A stretch of DNA of 64,000 bases, from contig CAZNUP010000001.1 in NCBI GenBank assembly GCA_964576435.1, forward strand, positions 442,259 to 506,258, in the 5' to 3' direction. The DNA comes from an uncultured Gammaproteobacteria bacterium. GTDB lineage: Bacteria > Patescibacteriota > Microgenomatia > JAMCZE01. Position 1 is the stretch's first letter. Each line of letters opens with the position of its first letter. Below are positions 30,373-39,954 of this stretch, piece by piece. The translations under genes were made by a program, and so were the position numbers. The notes beneath the pieces were generated by a model, which was given only the letters and a program-made list of their open reading frames with translations, was not told the origin of the DNA and searched no databases.

Positions 30373-31375
30373 ATTTCTAAAATTGCTTTTATGTCCAACA
30401 TGTCAGTCCGACGAACTAAAGGAAGTCCCCTTTACCAAATTAGATGGGATTATCTTTTGTAAAAAATGTCGAACTTGGTATCCAATAGACAACAATTTAT
30501 TGGAATTTTTGCCTGAAAGCTTATGTTATAAAAATGACCGCCGGATTTTCTTTAATCGCTTCAAAAAGAACTTTTCAACTAATAAGATCACATTCGGAAA
30601 AAAGGATGTTAAAACTCTTCGTCAGCAAAAAGATCAGCAAAAGCATTCGGATTGGTATGCTGAAAATGATTTGCAAACATATACCGAGTTTGAACATGAT
30701 AATTTCTGGGAAGCATTTGACTTTGGCGTCTTTTCAAAGTGGTCTAAAAAAATTAAATCGAAATCCCTACTTTTAGATCTAGGTTGCGCACAGGGGAGAA
30801 GCACCTTCAAGGTAGCCGATAAGGATATCGATATTGTGGCTTTTGATATTTCTAAAAAACTTGTTCGTCAAGCCAAAAATAGATACGATCAAAATAAACC
30901 CAAAGCAAAAATATTTTTTTTCATTGCTGATGCAACCCGCCTTCCACTAAAAAGCAGTAAATTTGACTACGTCTTAGTGTATGGTGTCCTACATCATTTA
31001 GATGATCCTAAAAAGACTGCCCATGAAATAGGACGTGTCTTAAAGAATGGAGGTCTTTATTTAGGTAATGAAAACAATACATCAAATCTAAGAAAGATTT
31101 TCGATCAACTTCAAAAAATTAAACCTATTTGGCACGAAGAGGCTGGCGTTGAAAGTCTAATTTCTGAAAAGCGTTTTAAAGAGTTTTTTGGATCATCGAA
31201 GATTAGCTTGGACATTAGATCAACAGTTTATTTGCCACCTCATTTTATAAGATTGTTTCCAATTGCCTTTGGATCAGAGCTAATAAAAGTAACCGATCAA
31301 TTTGCTAATTCATTGCCATTTATAAAAGGTAATGGGGGGCTTCTCATTGTTGAAGGTAGAAAATCCAATAATTAA
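30362..31375 (+). CDS. Fusion of a Trm112-like zinc-ribbon and a class I SAM methyltransferase
   Basis: N-terminal LLLCPTCQSDEL...CKKCRTWYPIDNNLLEF (Trm112/DUF343 pattern). Methyltransferase motif LLDLGCAQGRS. Confidence 0.6.
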   Translation: MQSKFLKLLLCPTCQSDELKEVPFTKLDGIIFCKKCRTWYPIDNNLLEFLPESLCYKNDRRIFFNRFKKNFSTNKITFGKKDVKTLRQQKDQQKHSDWYAENDLQTYTEFEHDNFWEAFDFGVFSKWSKKIKSKSLLLDLGCAQGRSTFKVADKDIDIVAFDISKKLVRQAKNRYDQNKPKAKIFFFIADATRLPLKSSKFDYVLVYGVLHHLDDPKKTAHEIGRVLKNGGLYLGNENNTSNLRKIFDQLQKIKPIWHEEAGVESLISEKRFKEFFGSSKISLDIRSTVYLPPHFIRLFPIAFGSELIKVTDQFANSLPFIKGNGGLLIVEGRKSNN

Positions 31376-31865
31376 ACTTTTCTCCAAAATATTCCTTGTT
31401 CTTTAATGGCTTAAATCCTATTTTTCTATAAAATTTATTTGATTTTTTATTTTTTGATTTGGTGCCAACTATAATTGTTTTAAATTTTTTATCCTTCATG
31501 GCTTTAGAAAAATTTCTCACTAATTTCGTTCCAAACCCATGTCCTCTAAATTTTTCAGAAACTGCTAGGAATTGAATCTCGGGATCATCAAAACTTTCGA
31601 CACTGAAAGTGCCGCGTAAAGCAATTAAATGGCGTAAAACCTGCCAACCAAATTTAAAAAAATATGGATTTTTCATATTGAATCTTATTGGGCCGACTTT
31701 TCCAATTAAAAATCCCTGGGGAAGAAGATAGATATAAATATTTTTTTCAAAAGAAAGATATCCATAAAGATTATGTAAAAACTTTTCACCAAGCTTATTG
31801 AGGTTTGAATCAACTAAATTCGTTAGGTGGAGGTCGACTAGTCTTTTAATGTCTTTTTCTTGCAT
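31344..31865 (-). CDS. GNAT family N-acetyltransferase
   Basis: FLAVSEKFRGHGFGTKLV (R-x-x-G-x-G acetyl-CoA motif). Convergent 32-nt 3' overlap with the + gene ending at 31375. Confidence 0.6.
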   Translation of the reverse strand: MQEKDIKRLVDLHLTNLVDSNLNKLGEKFLHNLYGYLSFEKNIYIYLLPQGFLIGKVGPIRFNMKNPYFFKFGWQVLRHLIALRGTFSVESFDDPEIQFLAVSEKFRGHGFGTKLVRNFSKAMKDKKFKTIIVGTKSKNKKSNKFYRKIGFKPLKNKEYFGEKFNYWIFYLQQ

Positions 31866-32566
31866 ACAACTAATCTATACCAAATATGCAAAAGTCCAAA
31901 GCCCATTCTAAACGTTCGTCTAAAGTTAAAAAATTGCGATTTACCGCTAGTTCGCCAAAAATGAGTGACAGGGACTTCTTGAAATTTAAATCCCTCATCT
32001 GAAATCTTCTTGATCATTTCAGCACAGATTAGTCCCGAATCAGATTCCAAATTTACTTTCTCGAAAATGGAACGTCTAATAATTCTAAAATCACAGTCTG
32101 TATCTCTTATTGGTACATTCAACAAGAGCTTTACTGTGTAGTGGTAAGTCTTTCCAAGTATTACTCTATGAAATGGATCCTGGCGTTTAATTTTGTACCC
32201 ATTAACAACATCGCTTCGCTTTTTTTTAGCTTCCCACAATTTCTTTACCTCTCTTGGGTCGTATTGAGCGTCTCCATCAGTATAAAATACCCATTCTTTC
32301 CGAGCATTTTTAAATCCGGATTTTAATGCTCCCCCGTAGCCTCTATTCTTGTTGTGGGTAATTATCCTAAGTTTTTTAAACTTTTTTTTGAGTGATCGAA
32401 GTATATTTTTTGAACTTTCATCACTACCATCGTCAATGATCAATATTTCATAGTCATTGGTTATTTGGGAAAGCGCTTCATCAAGTCCAGCAACCAGACT
32501 TCCGATTGTTCCCCAGTCATTGAGAAACGGAAAAAAACCTGAAATTGACCCGCTTTTACGCTTCAT
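31838..32566 (-). CDS. GT2 family glycosyltransferase (DPM1/GtrB-like)
   Basis: ILIIDDGSDESS and YTDGDAQYD. Compact size. Confidence 0.7.
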   Translation of the reverse strand: MKRKSGSISGFFPFLNDWGTIGSLVAGLDEALSQITNDYEILIIDDGSDESSKNILRSLKKKFKKLRIITHNKNRGYGGALKSGFKNARKEWVFYTDGDAQYDPREVKKLWEAKKKRSDVVNGYKIKRQDPFHRVILGKTYHYTVKLLLNVPIRDTDCDFRIIRRSIFEKVNLESDSGLICAEMIKKISDEGFKFQEVPVTHFWRTSGKSQFFNFRRTFRMGFGLLHIWYRLVVCKKKTLKD

Positions 32567-32590
32567 ACAAGGCGGATTTTAATATATACT
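32562..32590 (+). promoter_or_regulatory. Candidate promoter (TTCATA-17-TATACT) in the 37-bp divergent intergenic region
   Basis: TATACT at 32585-32590, 13 nt upstream of the ATG at 32604. Overlaps the start of the divergent minus gene. Confidence 0.25.
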
Positions 32591-32603
32591 TCATGAATAC
32601 TCT

Positions 32604-33494
32604 ATGATCATTTCTAAAATAATGGCAGGGCTTGGAAATCAAATGTTTCAATTTGCAGCAGGAAGACGCGCCGCCATTAAAAATAACACAGATTTAAAAT
32701 TAGACATTTCATGGTTTACCGATGACTCCAAAGATACTAAAAGGCTTTATGACTTGGATTCATTCAACGTTGATGTAAAAATTGCTACAAACGAAGAAAT
32801 AAATTCGCTAAAAGGTAAAAGAGGTTCATTTGTTGAAAGAGTTTTCTACACGAGAATTCCCGGATTACCTCAAATATCAAAAAGCTATTTCTTTGAAAAA
32901 AGCTCCTTGGAATATTACCCCAAACTTCTTGATGTAAAAAATAATACCTATTTAGAAGGTTTCTGGAACTATGTAAGGTATTTTGAAGACATAGGAGACG
33001 TTATTAAAAAAGATTTCACTTTGAAAAAACCACTGAGACGAGTAAAAAACGAAATTTTAAAAGAAATTAACAAAAACAAAAATTCAATTAGTCTACACGT
33101 AAGAAGAGGCGATTTTGTAAAAAATAATAACTATGCTAATTATTTCAATATCTTAACTCCTAAGTATTTCGAAGAAGCCGTTAAAATAATTCTTAAGAAA
33201 GTTAAAGACCCGACAGTATTTGTTTTTTCTGAGGATACTAATTGGGCTAAAGAAAATATTAAACTTGGTGAGAAAGTAATATTTGTTGATCCCAATGACG
33301 GTGGCAAGAGCCACGAAGACATGTTTTTAATGAGTAAATGTAGCCACAACATAATTTCAAATAGCACTCTCTCTTGGTGGGGTGCCTGGTTGAATTTAAA
33401 TCCTCAAAAGATAGTTGTAGCTCCTAAAAAATGGTTCAAAACTGACGACGTGGTTATGGATGGAAGAATGCCAGAAGATTGGATACAAATATGA
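32604..33494 (+). CDS. GT11 family alpha-1,2-fucosyltransferase
   Basis: All three GT11 motifs are present: MAGLGNQMFQFAAG, HVRRGDF and SNSTLSWWGAWL. Confidence 0.85.
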   Translation: MIISKIMAGLGNQMFQFAAGRRAAIKNNTDLKLDISWFTDDSKDTKRLYDLDSFNVDVKIATNEEINSLKGKRGSFVERVFYTRIPGLPQISKSYFFEKSSLEYYPKLLDVKNNTYLEGFWNYVRYFEDIGDVIKKDFTLKKPLRRVKNEILKEINKNKNSISLHVRRGDFVKNNNYANYFNILTPKYFEEAVKIILKKVKDPTVFVFSEDTNWAKENIKLGEKVIFVDPNDGGKSHEDMFLMSKCSHNIISNSTLSWWGAWLNLNPQKIVVAPKKWFKTDDVVMDGRMPEDWIQI

Positions 33495-34567
33495 AATTAA
33501 CGGTCCTTCTTCCAGTTTATAATGCGGAAAAGTTTCTAAACGAGGCACTAGATAGCATTTTATCCCAAACATTCAAAGATTTTGAAATATTAGCAATCGA
33601 TGACCATTCAACTGATAGTAGCTTAAAGATTTTAAAAAAATACAGCGACAAGGATAAAAGGATTAGAATTTTAACCAACTCAAAAAATTTAGGTGTCACA
33701 CAGACTTTAAATCTCGGTCTAAAAAATATTCAAACTGAATTTGTTGCCAGGATGGATGCCGATGACATTTGCGCGCCTGAAAGATTTGAGAGACAAATCA
33801 AATTTCTAGACACCCACCAAGATGTCTCCGTTTGTGGGACTTGGATCTATATTTTTACAAAAGTTCCAAAGCTAGGATTTTCCTACATGCCCCCAACAGA
33901 CTCAGATGAAATAAAAGCCTGTTTTCTTTTTGAAAACTGCATCCAGCACCCAACAATAATGTTTAGAGTAGCAGCATTAGTTAAAAATAAAGCTGAATAC
34001 CCGGTCGACTATCCCCACGTAGAAGACTATGCACTTTGGATGAAACTTGTAGACAAAATAAAATTTGCAAATGTCCCCAAACAACTTCTCTATTATAGAT
34101 TGCATTCAACACAAGTCGGAAAAGTTCATTCAAAAAAACAAAATGAAATTGTCTTAAAGGTACACAAAGAATTTATAAAAAAACTAGGATTAACACCCAC
34201 TGCCGAAGAATTAAAGATTCATGAGAATATCTGTTTCGGTATTAATATTCCTCAAAAAGAAAATATTAATAAGATTGAAGCCTGGCTTGAAAAGCTAATT
34301 GAAAAAAATAATAAAGTCCACTACGCATCGGATAAACAGTTTAAAAAAATAGTTGCTTCTAAATGGTTTGCATCTTGTATTATGAATACGAGTCTTGGCC
34401 CTTGGATATGGAGAAGATATTGGGAGTCCCCACTTTCTAGCTATTATCAGCCAACCGCAAGTCAGAAAAAACAATTATTTCTTGAAAGTGTATTCTTTCC
34501 ATACGCCAGGCCAGTGGTAATTAGAGTTAAGCAAAATGCGATCATAAGAAAAATTTTAAGGGGATGA
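33479..34567 (+). CDS. GT2 family glycosyltransferase
   Basis: LTVLLPVYNAEKFL...LAIDDHSTDSS and RMDADDI. Confidence 0.75.
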   Translation: MDTNMKLTVLLPVYNAEKFLNEALDSILSQTFKDFEILAIDDHSTDSSLKILKKYSDKDKRIRILTNSKNLGVTQTLNLGLKNIQTEFVARMDADDICAPERFERQIKFLDTHQDVSVCGTWIYIFTKVPKLGFSYMPPTDSDEIKACFLFENCIQHPTIMFRVAALVKNKAEYPVDYPHVEDYALWMKLVDKIKFANVPKQLLYYRLHSTQVGKVHSKKQNEIVLKVHKEFIKKLGLTPTAEELKIHENICFGINIPQKENINKIEAWLEKLIEKNNKVHYASDKQFKKIVASKWFASCIMNTSLGPWIWRRYWESPLSSYYQPTASQKKQLFLESVFFPYARPVVIRVKQNAIIRKILRG

Positions 34568-36081
34568 AGTTAATTTATGTTTTTATTATTGCCGTAATTT
34601 TAAAATCATTAGTTTGGTCAATTGTTGTCCCTATTTGGCAAACACCAGATGAACAGGCACATTTTGCTCAACTAGCATTCTTTGTTGACAACAAAACCAC
34701 TCACATAAATACAAGCATCGACTTGTCTCAGGAGATTGCAATTACGGAAAGAATGCTTGGCACAAACCGTGATAACCGGGGAAACAATAGTTTTACCTAC
34801 CATTCTGATTACAAAATACCCTATACAAACTCTATAACTGGCAAATATGAGGAAAAATCAATAAATTTACCAAGATCCACAAGAACTACTTATGTAGGAC
34901 AAGAAGCCGCCCATTACCCACCACTTTATTATGTATTAGCTGCACCCTTTTATTATTTAGGCGATAGTGCGTCTCTTATAGACCGTGTCTATCTAGCAAG
35001 AATTCTATCGATTATTCTCTCTGCTCTTTTAGCGGTCGTCGCCTATAAAATTGGTAAATCCATTTGGGAAAACGAGGTTATTGCCATAAGCCTTGGAGTA
35101 GTTGTCAGCTTTCAACCCATGTTGTCCTATGTTTTTGCAGGGATTCATCCAGACAACCTCTTAAATCTTCTCTACAGTTTTGGAATTTTATTACTGCTTC
35201 TTCTTTTAAAGAAGGGGATTAACATTAAATATTTAATTGCGTTAGGAGGTATAGCACTATTAGGAATTTTTACAAAGCCTCTAATGTTTCCATTTTTCCC
35301 ATTAGCAGGTGCAGTGTTTTTCTGGGTATTACTTAAAAAAATGCCAGTTGTGAGACTGGTGTTAACAGCTGCAATTCTTATAGCTCCAATTTTCGTATTC
35401 GTGTTTAAAATAAATCTTCCATATGTCCCCATTGGAGATCAAGGAGTGCTAACTTTTGTTGACTATTTAAAGTTTCGCCTGCCAAAAATATTTTTTGAAA
35501 TTTGGCCTTGGACTTGGGGAGTTTTCAAATGGCTGGGGGTAGTTCAATCTCCACTAACCTTAAAAATAATTACTCGTCTAGCTATGCTTAGTGTTCTTGG
35601 TATGGCCTTATTCATACTTAAAAAAGTTCGCTCAAGAAAGTTTGACTTTGAATGGCAAGCTTTCTGGTTTTTTCTAGTTTCCGTCTTTTCTTTTGGGACT
35701 TATCTAATTCTCTGGGATTACAGGTTAATGGCTCAGACCGGCTTCTCTCAAGGCCTTCAAGGAAGATATTTTTTCCCAAATATTGTCCCACTAATGAGTC
35801 TATTTTTAATTGGTTTTATGGCTTTTGTCCCAAAAAGTTGGACAAAATTTGTGGCAATTGCTGTAGCAGTTCTAATGATTTTCCTCAATTTAATTTCCAT
35901 TTCTCTCTTAACAAGGATTTACTATTCAGCAACAAACTTACATAGTCTAATTTTGCAGATTTCCCAATATAAACCAGTCATCTTTAAAGGGGATATAATA
36001 TTAGTGATCTATGTTTGTTTCTTAGTTTCACTAGGATTTTTATTTGTAGGTCTTGCAAAAAATGCTCAAAAAAATACTTAA
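34564..36081 (+). CDS. GT-C fold membrane glycosyltransferase (DUF2142/PMT_2-like)
   Basis: N-terminal loop QTPDEQAHF (DE motif) and AAHYPPLYYVL (hPPL motif). More than 10 TM segments. Confidence 0.45.
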   Translation: MKLIYVFIIAVILKSLVWSIVVPIWQTPDEQAHFAQLAFFVDNKTTHINTSIDLSQEIAITERMLGTNRDNRGNNSFTYHSDYKIPYTNSITGKYEEKSINLPRSTRTTYVGQEAAHYPPLYYVLAAPFYYLGDSASLIDRVYLARILSIILSALLAVVAYKIGKSIWENEVIAISLGVVVSFQPMLSYVFAGIHPDNLLNLLYSFGILLLLLLLKKGINIKYLIALGGIALLGIFTKPLMFPFFPLAGAVFFWVLLKKMPVVRLVLTAAILIAPIFVFVFKINLPYVPIGDQGVLTFVDYLKFRLPKIFFEIWPWTWGVFKWLGVVQSPLTLKIITRLAMLSVLGMALFILKKVRSRKFDFEWQAFWFFLVSVFSFGTYLILWDYRLMAQTGFSQGLQGRYFFPNIVPLMSLFLIGFMAFVPKSWTKFVAIAVAVLMIFLNLISISLLTRIYYSATNLHSLILQISQYKPVIFKGDIILVIYVCFLVSLGFLFVGLAKNAQKNT

Positions 36082-37327
36082 CGACGATCTCCTAAGACAT
36101 TCTGCAATTGTCAGCGTAGGCTATATAGCTAGTGCATTAATAGGCCTTGTTTCTTTCATCATTATTGCCAGAAACCTAGGTCCGGATGTCTTTGGTGTAT
36201 TTTCAGTCGCTCTCGGTTGTTTCATGCTAGCAGGAGATCTTGTAGATGCAGGATTAAATTCCTCGATCATCAAATTTTTCCATCAAGAAAATCGTGATAA
36301 AAATTTACAGTCAATTTTGACTGTTAAGATTGGGTTGAGTGTAGCCTTTTTGGTAATTTCCTTACCACTGAGCTATTTAATCTCTACAGTTTTAAAAAGC
36401 CCTGAACTATTTTGGCCAGTAGCCCTATCTCTTGCCTGTGTGGGCTTATCCCTTATCTATAACTATGTCGTCTATGTGTTTCAAGCTAGAAAAGACTTCA
36501 CTCTTTATTCGCTAGTTAATATTTCAAGTAACACCATAAGGCTGATATTGGTTCTCATAATTATCGTATTTTTAAAATTTGCCCCCCTCTACTCAGCTTT
36601 AATCTTATATTTCGTAACACCCATTCTCGCTCTCCTTGTTTTTGGAAAATGGTCACTCCCCTTATTTTCTAAAATCAAATTACGTCTAGCTTCAAAAGAT
36701 GCCAATATGTGGAAATTTGGGAGAAATATAACTGCTTCATTTGCAGTCTCTGCGGTTAGTTCCAAATTTGATATCTTTTTCTTAACTAGATACGCTGGAG
36801 TTACTCAAACCGGACTCTACAGTGCCCCTATGAGACTTTTCTCTCCAGTTTCCCAACTTTCCGGTGCGCTCTCCACAGTTCAAGGCCCCCATTTTTCAAG
36901 TTCTGAAGGCAAGTGGAAGCAAGTGTTTATAAAAGCTTTTGCACTTTCCGGATTGGTTTCCCTGGGACTTATATTTATATCCTTCTTTAGTGATGCGGTC
37001 CTATTAATTTTTGGATCAGAATACACTTCCTCAGGAAATATTTTTAGAGTGCTATGCTTCAGCTTTGCAATTTTTGCAATCAGCGTTCCTTTCTATAGTG
37101 CCCTAGTTTATAGACACGAGAAAAGTAAGGTCATTTTTATAAATGCCGTAATTGTTGCCTTAGTCAGCGCTGCTTCTCTTTACATTCTCGTTCCAATGTA
37201 TGGCGGACTTGGTGCTGCTTGGGCCTCTTTAATTGCAAACTCAGTATCAACTCTTGTTGAAGTTTCTGTTTTCGTATACATTTTACTTTTCCATGCTGAA
37301 AGTCACCACTCACACCATCGCAGCTAA
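36053..37327 (+). CDS. Oligosaccharide flippase, MOP superfamily (Wzx-like)
   Basis: 424 aa with about 12 TM segments and MOP/PST family topology. Confidence 0.55.
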   Translation: MQKMLKKILNDDLLRHSAIVSVGYIASALIGLVSFIIIARNLGPDVFGVFSVALGCFMLAGDLVDAGLNSSIIKFFHQENRDKNLQSILTVKIGLSVAFLVISLPLSYLISTVLKSPELFWPVALSLACVGLSLIYNYVVYVFQARKDFTLYSLVNISSNTIRLILVLIIIVFLKFAPLYSALILYFVTPILALLVFGKWSLPLFSKIKLRLASKDANMWKFGRNITASFAVSAVSSKFDIFFLTRYAGVTQTGLYSAPMRLFSPVSQLSGALSTVQGPHFSSSEGKWKQVFIKAFALSGLVSLGLIFISFFSDAVLLIFGSEYTSSGNIFRVLCFSFAIFAISVPFYSALVYRHEKSKVIFINAVIVALVSAASLYILVPMYGGLGAAWASLIANSVSTLVEVSVFVYILLFHAESHHSHHRS

Positions 37328-38078
37328 TGAAGATAAATTTATCTACTTTGCCCTTTCTTCAGTAATTGATTTTGTAAGTGAAGCACTTGTTTATAATGAC
37401 AATTCCACAGATAAGACAGGTGAGATGATAAGTTTAATAAATTCTCCAAAACTTAAAGAAGTTCAAAAGATTGAAAGCAAAGACGTTGCAGATATTAGAA
37501 ATAAGCTTATTGAAGAAACAAAAACAGATTGGTTCATCCTCCTTGATGGTGATGAAATTTGGAATAAGAACACTTTTTTAGAGTTTTTAAACTTTCTGGA
37601 ATGTCAGCCTAAAAATATTCTCGCTGTGTCAATGCGTACAAAAAACTTCGTAGGAGATGTCTATCACATTATGCCTGAAGATGCCGGTATGTATGAGCTT
37701 CAAGGAAGAAAAGGACATTTAACAACGCGTGCTTTTAGAAAAAAAACAGGTTTTTATTGGAGAGGTAACTATCCCTTGGAATATTATGCCGATTCAAAAG
37801 GTGTTCAAGTAACAAAAAATCCCGATAACTGTGCGTTTTTTGAAGGTTCCTATTGGCACGCTTCTCATCTTGAAAGGTCGTCAAACAAAGACAAAGTACC
37901 AGGTTTTAGAAGTAAAAAAATAGAAAAGGGAATTTCAGTTGGCGAAAAAGATCTACCGGAAGTATTCTTCCACACTTTCCCAGAGTCTGTAGAGTCACCA
38001 TTAGTGCATCGTTCTTTAGGATTTGAAACTAAGGCTTTATTTTTAACACCTCTTAAAAAACTGAAGCGAAAATTATGA
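37293..38078 (+). CDS. GT2-like glycosyltransferase (WaaE/KdtX-like)
   Basis: Start moved to the ATG at 37293. YNDNSTDKT and ILLDGDEIW (DxD). Similar architecture to the 6554 gene. Confidence 0.5.
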   Translation: MLKVTTHTIAANEDKFIYFALSSVIDFVSEALVYNDNSTDKTGEMISLINSPKLKEVQKIESKDVADIRNKLIEETKTDWFILLDGDEIWNKNTFLEFLNFLECQPKNILAVSMRTKNFVGDVYHIMPEDAGMYELQGRKGHLTTRAFRKKTGFYWRGNYPLEYYADSKGVQVTKNPDNCAFFEGSYWHASHLERSSNKDKVPGFRSKKIEKGISVGEKDLPEVFFHTFPESVESPLVHRSLGFETKALFLTPLKKLKRKL

Positions 38079-38839
38079 CACGCGTCTGGCACGACAAGAG
38101 ATATTACGAAAGAATCGAAACTGTAGAGAAATTTGACCATCCAAGTTTTTTAAAGATCAATGCCTTAAGTAAGCAAGCTATAAAAATACTAGATGTTGGG
38201 TGTGGTGATGGAAGTAAGTTAAGTAAATTGGGATCAAAAGAATCAAAAAGATATGGTTGTGACATAAGTAAAGCGGGTACAGATAGGGGTAAAAAGTTGT
38301 ATAAGGAAATTATCTTCTCAGTGTTTTCAGGGACACGTTTACCTTTTAAATCAGATTTCTTTGATTTAACAACTACACATTTTGTTCTAGAGCACACCAA
38401 AAACCCTAAAGCTTTAATCACTGACATGATAAGAGTTACTAAAAAAGATGGACTAATCTGTTTTCTAGCTCCTAACTATGGTGCCCCAAATAGGGCCTCT
38501 CCCAATTTCATAGGATCGCGATCGAAAAAATTACTTCATGGGTTTAAGCATGATTTGTTCCCAAGACAGGGTCTTAACTGGAACAAAGTTACTCCTAAAT
38601 TAAATACAATGGAAAACTTTGAGTCCGATGACGACACCACAATCGAACCATATTTAAATTCACTTCGGCTATTTCTAAAAAGTCACAAATGCGATATTGT
38701 TGAAACCAGTTCAAACTGGAATCTAGAATTAAAAAATTTTTCAAAAGTCCAAGGTGTTTTCTCGTTTTTTGGAAATTTAGGTTTTTACCCATTTAAATAT
38801 TGGGGTCCACACCTTTTTATAGTTGCCCGAAAATTATGA
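38075..38839 (+). CDS. Class I SAM-dependent methyltransferase
   Basis: ILDVGCGDGSKL motif I. Confidence 0.6.
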   Translation: MTRVWHDKRYYERIETVEKFDHPSFLKINALSKQAIKILDVGCGDGSKLSKLGSKESKRYGCDISKAGTDRGKKLYKEIIFSVFSGTRLPFKSDFFDLTTTHFVLEHTKNPKALITDMIRVTKKDGLICFLAPNYGAPNRASPNFIGSRSKKLLHGFKHDLFPRQGLNWNKVTPKLNTMENFESDDDTTIEPYLNSLRLFLKSHKCDIVETSSNWNLELKNFSKVQGVFSFFGNLGFYPFKYWGPHLFIVARKL

Positions 38840-39954
38840 AAATAGCATTCTTAAATATTTATCACAATATAAATAGTAGAGGTGCCGAGAGTTTTGCTAA
38901 TGATTTAGCAACAAGACTTTCAAGGCGTCATGAAGTTTATATGTTTTCAGGGGCCCCCCCTAAAGATTCAAAAAAATATAAGTCAGTTGTAATTAAGGGA
39001 TGGGTGAGCCAGCCCACAAGTACTTTTAGTAAAAATCCCATAAGTTCCCTAAGGAAAAGACTATTTTTAGATAATGCTTCTTTATCAATTTTGCTTTTTT
39101 CTTTAAAAGTTGCACCAAAACTCTGGAAAAAAAAGTTTGACGTGATAAGACCTACAAATGGGTTTTGGCAGGTGTTGATTTGCAAAGTAATTACATTTTT
39201 TCGCGGTGGGAAGATAATTATTAGAGGCGGCTCCGGTCCGGGCTGGGACGAAAGATGGAATCTTTACTTGACCCCAGACGTCTTTATAGCAACTACGCCA
39301 GAAGTAAGGGATTGGGCTAAAAAAACTGCCCCTTGGGTTGATGTCCAAATGATTCCTTTGGCAATTGATATTGAAAGATTCAAAAAAGCCAAACCAGCAA
39401 AGATTGACCTGGAACACCCCATAATACTATGCAATGCCGCCGCCGACACCTACAAACGGGTTGATCTAGCTATTATGGCAGTAGCAAAATTAGAAAAAGG
39501 TTCTCTTCTTCATTTAGGAAAAGGTGAAGACCTGGAAAAAATTAAAACACTTGGGTTAGAACTTCTGGGGGAGAAACGCTTCAAAAGTATGGTCGTCCCT
39601 CATGATGAAGTTCCAAAGGTTTTCAAAGCCGCCTCCATTGTAACTCTTCCTTCAATGGAACAAGAAAGTTTTGGCATTGTCTTTCTTGAGGCCATGGCTA
39701 GTCATAAGCTAGTAGTGGCGACTGACGCTCCTAGGCCAAGGTGGATTCTAGGTCCTGGGGGATTATTTGTTGACCCAACAAATATCGACAAATATGCACA
39801 AAAATTAACCCAGGCATTAAAAGCGAAAACTAATTGGAAAAAAGTCGATGAACATTTAGTCAGCTTTAGCTGGGAGACAGTTGCTAACGAATATGAAGAC
39901 CTCCTGGAGCAGCACATGGTGCTCTCCCTAGGGCTTTTAGGTACACTTCTATGA
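38836..39954 (+). CDS. GT4 family glycosyltransferase
   Basis: Start set at MKIAFLNIY (ATGA overlap with the upstream stop). ESFGIVFLEAMASHKLVVATD motif. Confidence 0.7.
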   Translation: MKIAFLNIYHNINSRGAESFANDLATRLSRRHEVYMFSGAPPKDSKKYKSVVIKGWVSQPTSTFSKNPISSLRKRLFLDNASLSILLFSLKVAPKLWKKKFDVIRPTNGFWQVLICKVITFFRGGKIIIRGGSGPGWDERWNLYLTPDVFIATTPEVRDWAKKTAPWVDVQMIPLAIDIERFKKAKPAKIDLEHPIILCNAAADTYKRVDLAIMAVAKLEKGSLLHLGKGEDLEKIKTLGLELLGEKRFKSMVVPHDEVPKVFKAASIVTLPSMEQESFGIVFLEAMASHKLVVATDAPRPRWILGPGGLFVDPTNIDKYAQKLTQALKAKTNWKKVDEHLVSFSWETVANEYEDLLEQHMVLSLGLLGTLL

